This document shows, one piece after another, positions 1 to 8,900 of a DNA stretch of 64,000 nucleotides. The DNA is from a virus: positions 32,001 through 96,000 of the IMG/VR virus record IMGVR_UViG_3300017917_002765. The stretch is one strand, 5' to 3'. Positions within the stretch are counted from its first letter, which is position 1, and the number at the start of each line of letters is the position of its first letter. Under the pieces are notes generated by a model, which was not told where the DNA came from, did not search any database, and worked only from the letters and a program-made list of their open reading frames with translations. A program made the translations under genes and the position numbers.

Positions 1-46
1 TCGAACGGGAATGCTAGCAACCCAATCCAGCTTGCCCAAAAGGGTA
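1..46 (-). ncRNA. Truncated tRNA-like element running off the window edge
   Basis: Minus strand ends ...CCCGTTCGA (T-loop-like) right after tRNA-Asp; full cloverleaf not visible. Confidence 0.3.
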
Positions 47-57
47 TTTAGTTTTTG

Positions 58-129
58 CGGTCTATAAGGGAATCGAACCCTTACCACATCATAGACAGTG
101 ATGTATCCTAGCCATTGGACCAATAGACC
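58..129 (-). tRNA. tRNA-Asp(GTC)
   Basis: Acceptor GGTCTAT/ATAGACC; anticodon arm CATCA-CTGTCTA-TGATG; TTCGATT T-loop. Confidence 0.95.
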
Positions 130-139
130 GTATTAAAAG

Positions 140-211
140 TAGCCCCAACGGGAATCGAACCCGTCTTTTTAGGTTGAAAACCTAACGTCCTAACCGATAG
201 ACGATAGGGCC
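140..211 (-). tRNA. tRNA-Glu(TTC)
   Basis: Anticodon arm TTAGG-TTTTCAA-CCTAA; canonical cloverleaf. Confidence 0.95.
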
Positions 212-217
212 ATTTTG

Positions 218-290
218 TGGTGAGAAAGGGTGTCGAACCCTTATCTCTGGTTTTTCAGACCAGCGCATAGACCACCTTTGCTATCTCACC
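218..290 (-). tRNA. tRNA-Phe(GAA)
   Basis: Acceptor GGTGAGA/TCTCACC; anticodon arm CTGGT-CTGAAAA-ACCAG. Confidence 0.95.
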
Positions 291-302
291 ATATTTTAAA
301 AC

Positions 303-334
303 AAAAAAGCTTGGTCATTTCTGGCCAAGCTTTT
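303..334 (-). terminator. Attenuator terminator 1 (before the Phe/Glu/Asp tRNA operon)
   Basis: AAAAGCTTGGCCA-GAAA-TGACCAAGC-TTTTTT hairpin plus U-tract between leader ORF and first tRNA. Confidence 0.88.
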
Positions 335-357
335 CATCTATTTATTAAACTTTGAGT

Positions 358-450
358 TTACTTTTTAGACAATAGTTGACCACCTAGGCTTTTATCAGCC
401 TCGGCTGCGAATTCAAACGCAAAATCAAATATGTTAGCAAAAGTTCTCAT
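358..450 (-). CDS. Leader peptide 1, MRTFANIFDFAFEFAAEADKSLGGQLLSKK (Phe/Asp/Glu/Ala sensor)
   Basis: 30-codon ORF after AAAAACA; codons 8-19 are only F/D/E/A; TGGTCAA (376-382) can pair with terminator 5' arm TTGGCCA. Confidence 0.88.
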   Translation of the reverse strand: MRTFANIFDFAFEFAAEADKSLGGQLLSKK

Positions 451-496
451 TGTTTTTGTTTTTAATTAAATATCTACTTGTTTTAAAAAGTTATTG

Positions 497-527
497 CAAA
501 TGTACTAAGTATTTTTGAATTTGTCAA
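497..527 (-). promoter_or_regulatory. Bacteroidota sigma70-type promoter for leader 1
   Basis: TTGACA-N17-TACATTTG (-7 element TAnnTTTG). Confidence 0.75.
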
Positions 528-540
528 GTTTTTTGTAAAA

Positions 541-1572
541 TTATTTTAATATACCAACTAGAGTTGCAATCGAATTAACTAATTTTATATAAACACCACT
601 AGGTTGTGTATCAATATCTTCTATACTTTGACCAGCTAAATTATAATAATAAACTCTTTTAATATAATCATCAAACTTTACAGATACCACATTTGAATAT
701 ACAAAATTACCGTCAAAATCAACTTGTTTTAAACGATAATAATAAGTATTACCTTTTATAACTTCAAAATCATCAAAAGAATATGATTTTAAAGTACTAG
801 AGTTCCCATGACCATTAACCCATCCAACTAATTCAAAATAAGATGAATTCAAACTTCTTTGGATTTCAAAACCATTATTATTGACCTCAGAATTTGTTTT
901 CCAAGTTAAATGTGAATATTTATTTTCTATATTTTCAGCATTGAAAGATGAAAGACTTACAGGTAATGCTGTTCCTGAATTAATTAAAGTCCATTTACGA
1001 TTAGAAGCAAAACCTATGGTGTCTGTGGAAGAACCAATACTATATAAAGCTGTCGATGAATTTACCCAAACACTTGATGGATTATAATAATTTAAAACCA
1101 AATCATTGTAGTTATATGGTATATCATTTATATCATAAGTTAAAGTTACGGTAGCAACTGGTTTGGTTGTAAAATTTGATAAATCTATTGTCCAATATCT
1201 ATTAATACTACTAGAATTATAATACGAAGTATTTGATGTAACAGCTGTATCAACGTTAGAAAATTTTATTGAGCTTCCATCACCAGCATTTGTAATGTTT
1301 AAATAAATTGGTAAATAAACGCTTGAATATGATATAAATGGTACAATATATGTTCCTTTATTATTTTGTATATTCCATTCAACAAAACCACCCATTGTAT
1401 CTGGCACATAAAACCCACCACCAGATGAATAAATTGATGACACGCTTGTATCACAAACATAAACGTTACCACCAGATTTTAAAGTAATATAAGATTGGTT
1501 ATCTATAAAAATTGATTGTGCATTGATGAAAGCACAAATCAAAACAAACATAAATGTGATTAACTTTTTCAT
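541..1572 (-). CDS. Secreted protein with Bacteroidota T9SS-cargo-like Ig domain
   Basis: Signal peptide; LPVSLSSF...WKTNSEVNNNGFEIQRS...YYYRLKQVDFDG motif; C-terminal YNLAGQ...GVYI. Confidence 0.65.
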   Translation of the reverse strand: MKKLITFMFVLICAFINAQSIFIDNQSYITLKSGGNVYVCDTSVSSIYSSGGGFYVPDTMGGFVEWNIQNNKGTYIVPFISYSSVYLPIYLNITNAGDGSSIKFSNVDTAVTSNTSYYNSSSINRYWTIDLSNFTTKPVATVTLTYDINDIPYNYNDLVLNYYNPSSVWVNSSTALYSIGSSTDTIGFASNRKWTLINSGTALPVSLSSFNAENIENKYSHLTWKTNSEVNNNGFEIQRSLNSSYFELVGWVNGHGNSSTLKSYSFDDFEVIKGNTYYYRLKQVDFDGNFVYSNVVSVKFDDYIKRVYYYNLAGQSIEDIDTQPSGVYIKLVNSIATLVGILK

Positions 1573-1574
1573 AA

Positions 1575-2921
1575 TTAATTCCTAATAATTAATACGTGTA
1601 AGCTACCTTGTCTAGCAGCTGTATTAGCTGATGAAACGTTAGCACTAACACCAGCAGTATAAACGGTTCTAACGTCAATTGTGTGTGAACCAGCACTTAA
1701 AGCTTGAAATGATGTTAATGTCCATTGATTACCTGTATTTGTAACATTTGAGCCAGAACCTGAATTAGCCGCAGTAACTCTTGTATAACTACCATTTGTT
1801 GGATATGAGCCATCAATGAATATTGCAAAATCTAATGTAGAATACCCAGTACTAGATGTGCTGTTTGTATTAAATGTACCATCAGTATAAATCATAACAA
1901 AACAATTTGAAGGTATCGTAAGTGTTGTTGTTAGACCTGGTATTGTGGTAAATGTTGTTGTAGATGTTGTAACCAATAATGTAGAACTACCGTAAACTGA
2001 TGTTACTGAATTTCCAAGTGCAGACCATGATAAACCACCAGAACCATCATTTCTAAGAAAAGTATTTGCTGTGCCTTGAGCTGTTGGTAGCGTCATTGAA
2101 TATGAAGTTGTAGTTGTGCCACCGTTAATCGTTACGGTATTGCTATTGGTTGAATTAGCGAATCTTAAACTTCCATCAATAGCACTGGCATTATTACCTA
2201 ATATAAAACCTGTATAGTTAGGTGAAGCAGTAGAGGAAAATCTACCTAATTCTTTATTGGCCACCACAAAACCAAATGAATTGGTCCCAGACCTATAAAT
2301 GCCAGAGTTAGCGTCATTATTAAATCTAATAGCTGGTGTTCCTGTACCACCGTCATTAACTATAACCCCACTATTTGTTTTTATGGCTCCAACAACATCC
2401 AATTTAACACTTGGTGAAGTGGTGCCTATACCAACTGAAGTCCCATCATTATAAATGTTTGAATTGTTTAACACCCACTGAGTCCCATCCCAATATGTTG
2501 TATTACCAGTTGCAGCACCAGAACCTATTAAACCAGTAGCTCCTTGGTTACCCTGTGCACCAGTAGCTCCTTGATTACCCTGTGGGCCAGTAGGACCTTG
2601 ATTACCTGTGGGACCTTGTGGACCTGTAGGCCCCTGTGCACCTGTAGGACCTTGATTACCTGTAGGACCCTGTACACCTGTAGGACCTTGATTACCTGTG
2701 GGACCTTGTGCCCCAACATTTCCATTTATTATTGGTAATCTGATTACTTTTCCAGTATTTGTAACCCCAATGTATTGGGAGTCTAGACCACTTACACCTC
2801 TTATTGTTAAGTCTCCATTAATATCAAGTGTTGTTTGTGGTGAATTTGTGTTTATACCCACATTTTGAGCAAAAACATTAATCGTTAATAAAACGAAAAG
2901 GATTGATAAAATTTTTTTCAT
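1575..2921 (-). CDS. Collagen-repeat fibre or surface protein
   Basis: Signal peptide, NVGINT..P..TLDING repeats, (G-X-Y)n tract, BclA-like C-terminus. Confidence 0.75.
   Translation of the reverse strand: MKKILSILFVLLTINVFAQNVGINTNSPQTTLDINGDLTIRGVSGLDSQYIGVTNTGKVIRLPIINGNVGAQGPTGNQGPTGVQGPTGNQGPTGAQGPTGPQGPTGNQGPTGPQGNQGATGAQGNQGATGLIGSGAATGNTTYWDGTQWVLNNSNIYNDGTSVGIGTTSPSVKLDVVGAIKTNSGVIVNDGGTGTPAIRFNNDANSGIYRSGTNSFGFVVANKELGRFSSTASPNYTGFILGNNASAIDGSLRFANSTNSNTVTINGGTTTTSYSMTLPTAQGTANTFLRNDGSGGLSWSALGNSVTSVYGSSTLLVTTSTTTFTTIPGLTTTLTIPSNCFVMIYTDGTFNTNSTSSTGYSTLDFAIFIDGSYPTNGSYTRVTAANSGSGSNVTNTGNQWTLTSFQALSAGSHTIDVRTVYTAGVSANVSSANTAARQGSLHVLIIRN
2524..2716 (-). repeat. 18-bp collagen tandem repeat (GPTGNQ)n
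   Basis: Repeated cctgtaggaccttgatta-type units. Confidence 0.9.
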
Positions 2922-2962
2922 GTCTGATTTTTATCATAAGTATATTAAATAATTCAACTAAG

Positions 2963-3301
2963 TCAAATATTTGATATATTTTTATTAATAATTTTTTTTA
3001 ATTTTTTTTGAGTTAACAATTCTAATAAGACATCCCCATGACATGGTTTTGGTTTACAAAAACATCCAAGGGTTTTCCCTTCAAGTTCATCCAAAGAGTC
3101 CATTAACTCTGGTGTATTTAAAATGTATTCTTTATATTTTGAAATTGCCTCTTCTGATGTTTCTACAATTTCAGAAGCTAGTGTTTCTTTATCTCGTATT
3201 GTCGTGTATGGATTCCCCCATTTTGACCCCCTTCCAATATATACATCATATGATTGTTTGTTTATATTAACAACCTTTGTAACAGAATTTGTATTAACCA
3301 C
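2963..3301 (-). CDS. DUF4326 family protein
   Basis: YDVYIGRGSKWGNPY...LGCFCKPKPCHGDVL. Confidence 0.88.
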   Translation of the reverse strand: MVNTNSVTKVVNINKQSYDVYIGRGSKWGNPYTTIRDKETLASEIVETSEEAISKYKEYILNTPELMDSLDELEGKTLGCFCKPKPCHGDVLLELLTQKKLKKIINKNISNI

Positions 3302-3307
3302 TAAAAA

Positions 3308-3682
3308 TTATTTGTTTTTAGAAAATATCCAAGTGAAAAAAATATGAAAAATAAACGTAAATACTGGATAACACAATAATAACCATGGGTTTAATGTAGC
3401 AATCGTTAAAGATATTATTAAAGAAAATTCTCTAATTAATCCAAATAAATGCCAAGCATCTGTTAATGAAACAAAAATTGTTGTGCTTCCAATGAAAGCT
3501 TCACCCTGTTTTGGGTCCCCGTTTTTATATTTTCTTTTCCAAGAAGTTTTAGGATTCCAAAAATCACCTAAATCCTTAAAAATACTTTTTGAAAAATGAA
3601 ATTGTATTTTATCTTGAATTGCTTTACATATACCAGAAACAATTACAAAAAAGAATACCAAAATATATTGCCAAATTTCCAC
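3308..3682 (-). CDS. Hypothetical membrane protein
   Basis: Hydrophobic segments; SWKRKYKNGD..TDAWHLF. Confidence 0.65.
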   Translation of the reverse strand: MEIWQYILVFFFVIVSGICKAIQDKIQFHFSKSIFKDLGDFWNPKTSWKRKYKNGDPKQGEAFIGSTTIFVSLTDAWHLFGLIREFSLIISLTIATLNPWLLLCYPVFTFIFHIFFTWIFSKNK

Positions 3683-3688
3683 AATATT

Positions 3689-3964
3689 TTATTTTTTTAG
3701 ATATTCATTATATAATGTCCTTACAATCAAACCAATAAAACAAATCGCAAAGATGCAAATTGGCCAAATCCATGACATATTTTCTAACCATTGAAAATCT
3801 CCAGAATTTCTTTTTTCAATTGGTATAGAAATAAAAATTAACCATGGTGTCATCATCAATAAAAATATAGGTATCATTATTGATAAACCAATAAATGTTA
3901 CATTTGAACTTTTCTCACTAAAGAAAAAATATATAGATTCAATAAATTTTTTTTTAATTTTCAT
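3689..3964 (-). CDS. Hypothetical membrane protein
   Basis: Two hydrophobic segments; TATTTAT motif upstream. Confidence 0.55.
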   Translation of the reverse strand: MKIKKKFIESIYFFFSEKSSNVTFIGLSIMIPIFLLMMTPWLIFISIPIEKRNSGDFQWLENMSWIWPICIFAICFIGLIVRTLYNEYLKK

Positions 3965-4011
3965 AACGTATTTTTATAATAAATATTTTGATTAATAAAG
4001 AAAGTCTAAAG

Positions 4012-4093
4012 TAGGGATAGAGGGACTCGAACCCCCACGCCTTTCGGCACTACATCCTAAGTGTAGCGTGTCTACCAATTCCACCATATCCCC
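4012..4093 (-). tRNA. tRNA-Leu(TAG)
   Basis: CTACA-CTTAGGA-TGTAG; type II variable arm. Confidence 0.95.
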
Positions 4094-4149
4094 ATAGAGT
4101 GTAGTAGCTGGTACCTAGCTTGTGGTTACTACACATTTTATCCACTTTG

Positions 4150-4233
4150 TAGCCAAGGAGGGAATCGAACCCCCACGCCCTTTCGAGCACCAGATTTTGA
4201 GTCTGGCGTGTCTACCTGTTCCACCACTTGGCC
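4150..4233 (-). tRNA. tRNA-Leu(CAA)
   Basis: CCAGA-CTCAAAA-TCTGG; type II variable arm. Confidence 0.95.
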
Positions 4234-4309
4234 ATTTCGGAAGGCGTACTCATTAGAGATACTTCCGTCAGTTACGTTGCTTTCGCAAGAGGCTTTACTG
4301 AGCACCATG

Positions 4310-4395
4310 TACCGAGAGTGGGACTCGAACCCACACGACCTTTTAGGGTCACAGCATTTTAAGTGCTGCGTGTCTACCTGTTCCACCATCTCGGC
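4310..4395 (-). tRNA. tRNA-Leu(TAA)
   Basis: CAGCA-CTTAAAA-TGCTG; type II variable arm. Confidence 0.95.
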
Positions 4396-4404
4396 ATTAC
4401 GTTA

Positions 4405-4436
4405 CAAAGGTACAAATAATTATCTTATTTTGCAAA
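4405..4436 (-). promoter_or_regulatory. Internal promoter upstream of the three Leu tRNAs
   Basis: TTTGCA...TACCTTTG between tRNA-Val and tRNA-Leu(TAA). Confidence 0.55.
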
Positions 4437-4455
4437 TCCTATGCAACTTTTTTTG

Positions 4456-4540
4456 TAGGTCCACCCAGATTCGAACTGGGATTATACTTCTCGTCTCCAC
4501 TTTGTAAGAGTGGGATGTTTAGCCATTACACCATGGACCT
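4456..4540 (-). tRNA. tRNA-Val(TAC) with enlarged variable region
   Basis: Acceptor AGGTCCA/TGGACCT; CCACT-CTTACAA-AGTGG; 16-nt variable region. Confidence 0.88.
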
Positions 4541-4549
4541 ATTTTATTG

Positions 4550-4621
4550 AGTCCCCAATTGGATTTGAACCAATGTAAGAGATTTTGCAGACCTCTGCCT
4601 AAGCCACTCGACCATAGGGAC
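4550..4621 (-). tRNA. tRNA-Cys(GCA)
   Basis: GAGGT-CTGCAAA-ATCTC; U discriminator. Confidence 0.93.
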
Positions 4622-4623
4622 AT

Positions 4624-4654
4624 AAAAAAAGCCTATCTTTTTAGGATAGGCTTT
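4624..4654 (-). terminator. Attenuator terminator 2 (before the Cys/Val/Leu tRNA operon)
   Basis: AAAGCCTATC-CTAAAAA-GATAGGC-TTTTTTT. Confidence 0.9.
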
Positions 4655-4682
4655 CTAGTATTTTCAGTTTATGATTACTTAC

Positions 4683-4757
4683 TTAACAAGCAAAGCCCAC
4701 CCAGTCTGCTACTAGCAAACATAAGACAAGGACTAAATTTGTTAATGACGTTTTCAT
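4683..4757 (-). CDS. Leader peptide 2, MKTSLTNLVLVLCLLVADWVGFAC (Leu/Val/Cys sensor)
   Basis: Codons 8-16 are TTA GTC CTT GTC TTA TGT TTG CTA GTA; GGGTGGGCTTT (4692-4702) pairs with terminator 5' arm AAAGCCTATCC. Confidence 0.9.
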   Translation of the reverse strand: MKTSLTNLVLVLCLLVADWVGFAC

Positions 4758-4786
4758 TGTTTTTTGTCGTTTTTAATAAATATACA

Positions 4787-4817
4787 CAAAGGTACAAAAA
4801 GTTTTTCAATTTGTCAA
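4787..4817 (-). promoter_or_regulatory. Bacteroidota sigma70-type promoter for leader 2
   Basis: TTGACA-N17-TACCTTTG. Confidence 0.75.
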
Positions 4818-4857
4818 GTTTTTTAAAAGAAAAAATGTATTTATAGATAAAAAGTGT

Positions 4858-5601
4858 ATGAAAATACTTGAAACCTATAATACCATTTTAAAAGAAGCTG
4901 AAATAGAAGCTTGTGTTAAAAAGTTTGGTTATGAGCTTTTTGGTGATGAATTAGGCGGCAAGGAAAAAAATACTGGAATTGAAAATAAGTATCTTGATGA
5001 CATACGAGATTTTACTGATAATAAATATGGTCAAGAAATAGACCCAGATTTTGTAAAAGCTATCAAAACATTAAAATCTTGCGCTCAACAATATCCAGAA
5101 ATTCTTATTCCAGACAAAACAAAAGTATATCGTGGTTTAACAATACCAATTAAAACATTTGTTGAAAAAAAGACATTCATAGATTTGAATAAACCCTTTC
5201 CTTACACATACACAGCCAAAAGTAAAATTCAAAGTTGGTCTACAAACTTTGATGCCGCTTCAATTTTTGGTAACCATGATATGCTAAATGAATATGCAGC
5301 TACTTTAAACATAGCTGATTATCAAACACCAGAAGCTAGAAAAAAATTATTGGGGGATGTAATTGATAATAATTTAAGAGCAGCTTTTGTTCTTGAGTAC
5401 CAAACCAATTCAAGCGAATTTATCTTTAAAGCTAATTACTTTAGAATTCTATCAAGAGCTTATCATGAAGACGAAGTTATTAGGTTGACAAACAAACCTA
5501 TTAATGTTTTGGCCAAATTTAATGACCATACAGATGTATTTTTAACTTACAAAAGCATTCAGCTTATACGTATTATTAATAAAGCAATATCTGAGCTTTA
5601 A
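4858..5601 (+). CDS. Putative ADP-ribosyltransferase (R-S-E type)
   Basis: KVYRG...QSWST...HEDEVI motifs. Confidence 0.55.
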   Translation: MKILETYNTILKEAEIEACVKKFGYELFGDELGGKEKNTGIENKYLDDIRDFTDNKYGQEIDPDFVKAIKTLKSCAQQYPEILIPDKTKVYRGLTIPIKTFVEKKTFIDLNKPFPYTYTAKSKIQSWSTNFDAASIFGNHDMLNEYAATLNIADYQTPEARKKLLGDVIDNNLRAAFVLEYQTNSSEFIFKANYFRILSRAYHEDEVIRLTNKPINVLAKFNDHTDVFLTYKSIQLIRIINKAISEL

Positions 5602-5638
5602 ACTTTACTTATCTAAACCCTTAGAATAATTTGTTACT

Positions 5639-5965
5639 ATGGGATACGTATACCTTTTACTAGAAGTAGACAAAGATGGGAATGAACGCCATAAAATTGG
5701 TTTCTCTAAAAACCATCCAGATAAAAGAGTAAAACAGTTAGCTACTGGTAACTCTAATGTTATTAGTGTCTTGAACTACTATGAAACCAAAAACTACAGG
5801 AAAATAGAAAAATGGTTACATAGTGATTTTAGACAACAAAAAACAGAATCAGACAATGAATGGTTTACACTTACAAATGACCAAGTTTTTGGTTTCTTAG
5901 ATAGGTGCAAATGGATAGACGAAACAGTTACAATGCTTTTGGAACAGAACCCTTTTTATAAATGA
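5639..5965 (+). CDS. T5orf172/GIY-YIG family protein
   Basis: GYVYLL..KIGFS...RVKQLATGN...IEKWLH...EWF. Confidence 0.85.
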   Translation: MGYVYLLLEVDKDGNERHKIGFSKNHPDKRVKQLATGNSNVISVLNYYETKNYRKIEKWLHSDFRQQKTESDNEWFTLTNDQVFGFLDRCKWIDETVTMLLEQNPFYK

Positions 5966-5967
5966 GT

Positions 5968-6486
5968 TTAATTAAACAATTCCTTATATAGTTTCAAAAA
6001 CTCTTTCTTAGCCTTATTGGGGTTCCAACATTCAAATTCTTTGTTGTCATTAACCGCCAAATTTTCCCATTCAATCAATAGCATTTTTCTATCAATCCTT
6101 TTAACATTGGTATTCAACGGCCATTCCAAATCATACTTTTCAAAGATAACTGTCATCAGCTTATTTTCATAAGCCTTGTATTCACCCATTCTGGCTTTGA
6201 TTGGTGTCGGCATGTCTAAAAGATATGCTTCACTTGCGTCATGTAACAAAGCCTTCTTTTTGTCTTTCTTTGACTTCGCTAGTCTAGCACATAATACACT
6301 GTGTTGCGCAACAGAGTAATGGCGATTTAGATGACCACCAAATCTAGGCAGTCTTGACAGAGCATGTGCGATGTCTTCAATTTTAATCGTGTCTGGGTTT
6401 GTATCAAATACGTTTACAAATGCTCCAGAGCTTGTTCTAATGCTACCTTCTGGAGCACCATCAATATTAGTATTATTTTTTTTCAT
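5968..6486 (-). CDS. HD-domain phosphohydrolase (YfbR/YfdR-like)
   Basis: IEDIAHALS..RFGGH..YSVAQHS...ALLHDASEAY..D.PTP.K. Confidence 0.9.
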   Translation of the reverse strand: MKKNNTNIDGAPEGSIRTSSGAFVNVFDTNPDTIKIEDIAHALSRLPRFGGHLNRHYSVAQHSVLCARLAKSKKDKKKALLHDASEAYLLDMPTPIKARMGEYKAYENKLMTVIFEKYDLEWPLNTNVKRIDRKMLLIEWENLAVNDNKEFECWNPNKAKKEFLKLYKELFN

Positions 6487-6607
6487 TTTATCTGTTTTAT
6501 CTTTTTAAATAAACTTCAAAATCACTGTATATGTGTTTTTAAGTGCTCTACCTCCCATTATTATGTTATTTAAACAAAGGTACGTAAAAGAAATCTAATT
6601 TCCAAAT

Positions 6608-7660
6608 TTAAACGTTTAAATTTGCTTTTTCAATGATTTCACTGGCAGAATACTTACCTTTTAAAGAGTCAGCGAAGTAAATTTTATCAATAGTCATACC
6701 TTTTGTTAATTTAGCAAGTTCTTCATCGCCAAGGATAGATAGTCTTGTCTCATAAGAAGGTGGTGTTATTTCCCTAACAAATTTAAACCTAGATGAGCGT
6801 AATTTAATTGAATCGTCAATCTTGTTTATATCATTAGCTGTCATGATAAATACAACTTGTTTGTAATCATTGTAAATGCCATCTAATGCATTTATTACAG
6901 CATCAAATGTAAACTTTACGTTTTCATTTTTTAAAATGCACTCTCTCTTGTTAAAATAGTTATCAAAATCTTCAAATAAAACGATACATTTTTCTGGTAT
7001 TGAACTGAACATCAATAATATGTCTAGGTTGCTAAAATCAGGGCTAAAATAAATGGTATAAATAGGTAACGAAAACTTTTGAGATAAATACTTTACAAGC
7101 CTTGTCTTGCCTGTACCTGGTTTACCATACAATAAACAACCAGTCTTTGATTTCTTATGCGATAACATATCTTGTATATCAGCTTCAATGTCTTCATACA
7201 AATGTTTATCAATAGTTATATTAGGTTCAGCGACAACTATCTCACCTAATTTATCAGAACCATAAGGCTGTAGCAACATGACATTGATGCTATCATTCAC
7301 TTTTGAAGCCTCTATGATATAGTCTTTTACCTTCTGTTTTTGCCATCTAAAAAAATAAATTTCAGATACTATATCTTTGCTTTGCCATCCAGCATTTAAA
7401 AGTCTTTCGTTTCTTTTAAAAAAAATAAAACACCCATCCAAAACGCAAAACACTTCATAAATTGAGGGGTACTTCTTGTTTAGTGAGATTTCGTTATTCA
7501 ATTCAAACTTTAATTTTGATTCTTCTCTAATTTTTTCAATTAGTATTTTGCTTAAGTTATCATCTAACCTACAACTTTGAGAAATTATAAACTTAAAGAA
7601 AGCCCAAATAGAAAAAAGCGTAGATGCTACTACACCAATAATAGATAGAAATGTTGTCAT
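6608..7660 (-). CDS. Membrane-anchored AAA ATPase (BCS1-like)
   Basis: N-terminal TM; LLYGKPGTGKT; VLFEDFD; LDG; IMTAN. Confidence 0.8.
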   Translation of the reverse strand: MTTFLSIIGVVASTLFSIWAFFKFIISQSCRLDDNLSKILIEKIREESKLKFELNNEISLNKKYPSIYEVFCVLDGCFIFFKRNERLLNAGWQSKDIVSEIYFFRWQKQKVKDYIIEASKVNDSINVMLLQPYGSDKLGEIVVAEPNITIDKHLYEDIEADIQDMLSHKKSKTGCLLYGKPGTGKTRLVKYLSQKFSLPIYTIYFSPDFSNLDILLMFSSIPEKCIVLFEDFDNYFNKRECILKNENVKFTFDAVINALDGIYNDYKQVVFIMTANDINKIDDSIKLRSSRFKFVREITPPSYETRLSILGDEELAKLTKGMTIDKIYFADSLKGKYSASEIIEKANLNV

Positions 7661-8175
7661 ATAAATCCTTTTTTTACTAATCTGTGTATGTATTGAGAAT
7701 GGAACAAATTCTTATCATTCGCATAACCAATTGTTAAATGCAGTCCCCAGAATGGCTTTCCTAAACCCAATTCAGCTCTTATACCGTGTAGTTCGTGACG
7801 GCTTTCCTCAGCAACCCTTAACCACCAGTGTTTATCATCTGTTTTAGGTGTCAATTCTACGGTTATTGGAACCGTTTGATTATCCCACTTAGCCTTTACC
7901 TTATTCCACATGTCATCAACTTCTTTTACAGATTTTTTACCGTTTTGAGTCAAGTCTCTAAGACTATCGTTGATGAATGAAATGTGACCACCACGCAATG
8001 GTTTATTAAGTTCAAGATTGAATCTCTTTTTAATAAACCAAGCGTAATAATCGGTTATATCCCCATTAAAATTAATCATGGCGATTCTTTTCCACGAGGC
8101 TTGATTACGGTGCTTTTTGGTTCTATCTTCTGGTTCAAACTTAATCTTACCACAAATAGTTACTTTGTCTTGCAT
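7657..8175 (-). CDS. 2H-phosphoesterase-like protein
   Basis: Paired HxS/HxT motifs (GHISF, LHLTIG). Confidence 0.6.
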   Translation of the reverse strand: MQDKVTICGKIKFEPEDRTKKHRNQASWKRIAMINFNGDITDYYAWFIKKRFNLELNKPLRGGHISFINDSLRDLTQNGKKSVKEVDDMWNKVKAKWDNQTVPITVELTPKTDDKHWWLRVAEESRHELHGIRAELGLGKPFWGLHLTIGYANDKNLFHSQYIHRLVKKGFI

Positions 8176-8900
8176 TACGCTAATCTAAATGGTTTTAAGT
8201 ATTCTCTTAAAAAAGCATTTTTTTCTCCACCTATCTTATCTAACCAATGTTTATAATTTTGAGAATTTCTATTTTCCAATTCTTCCAATTGTTTTTCACT
8301 TGGTTTTCTTCTGCTATAAGGAAGTGTTTCTGGTACGAAATCTGGATAAATAGTTTTGTTGAAAACTCTCTCATCAACCAAAAACACAAATGCAGTCAAT
8401 TGATTACCCAAATCTGGTTCATAAAAAGTAGCAACTAATATGCCAGCATCGTAAAAAGATTTTAGATGTTTATTTAGCGTACCAGCACAAGTTTCAGAGT
8501 TGTTTGTGGTACCACCATTAAGGATAATAAATGTTTTGTCTTTTTGCGCCCACTTATCATATATTTTTTCTATTGAACCAGCACCCTTAACATTTTGTCC
8601 AAACTCAACAACAGCATGTCCAAATTGAATACCAGCGTGTATTGTACCACATAATTGATATGCGACTAAACCATACATACGATACTCTAAATATTTATCT
8701 GTTTTTCGTTGTAAAGAATTTGGTTTAACTTTACATTTACTTAAATGTTTAATAAACTCATCTTTAGTTATTTTTTTCTCAAAAAAATATTCTTCGGGAG
8801 TTAATTGTGAATCTGAATACCATTCACCCACATCTAAAACTCTAATATTACTATTTATACACCAATTATACGAAGTATTTATATTGTTATCATTTTCCAT
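8175..8900 (-). CDS. Peptidyl-tRNA hydrolase Pth2-like protein
   Basis: MYGLV...GIQFGHAVVE...W...KTFIIL...FYEPDLGNQLTA. Confidence 0.6.
   Translation of the reverse strand: MENDNNINTSYNWCINSNIRVLDVGEWYSDSQLTPEEYFFEKKITKDEFIKHLSKCKVKPNSLQRKTDKYLEYRMYGLVAYQLCGTIHAGIQFGHAVVEFGQNVKGAGSIEKIYDKWAQKDKTFIILNGGTTNNSETCAGTLNKHLKSFYDAGILVATFYEPDLGNQLTAFVFLVDERVFNKTIYPDFVPETLPYSRRKPSEKQLEELENRNSQNYKHWLDKIGGEKNAFLREYLKPFRLA

Noticed and set aside
2524-2716. Regular repeats as a CRISPR array
   Set aside because: In-frame collagen G-X-Y codons with no unique spacers
4234-4309. Hammerhead ribozyme (CTGA...GAAA)
   Set aside because: The core reads CTGACGG rather than CTGANGA, and stems I and III could not be assigned
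4138-4846. ORFs 4138-4389, 4208-4507 and 4547-4846
   Set aside because: They overlap tRNA genes and the attenuator; shadow frames
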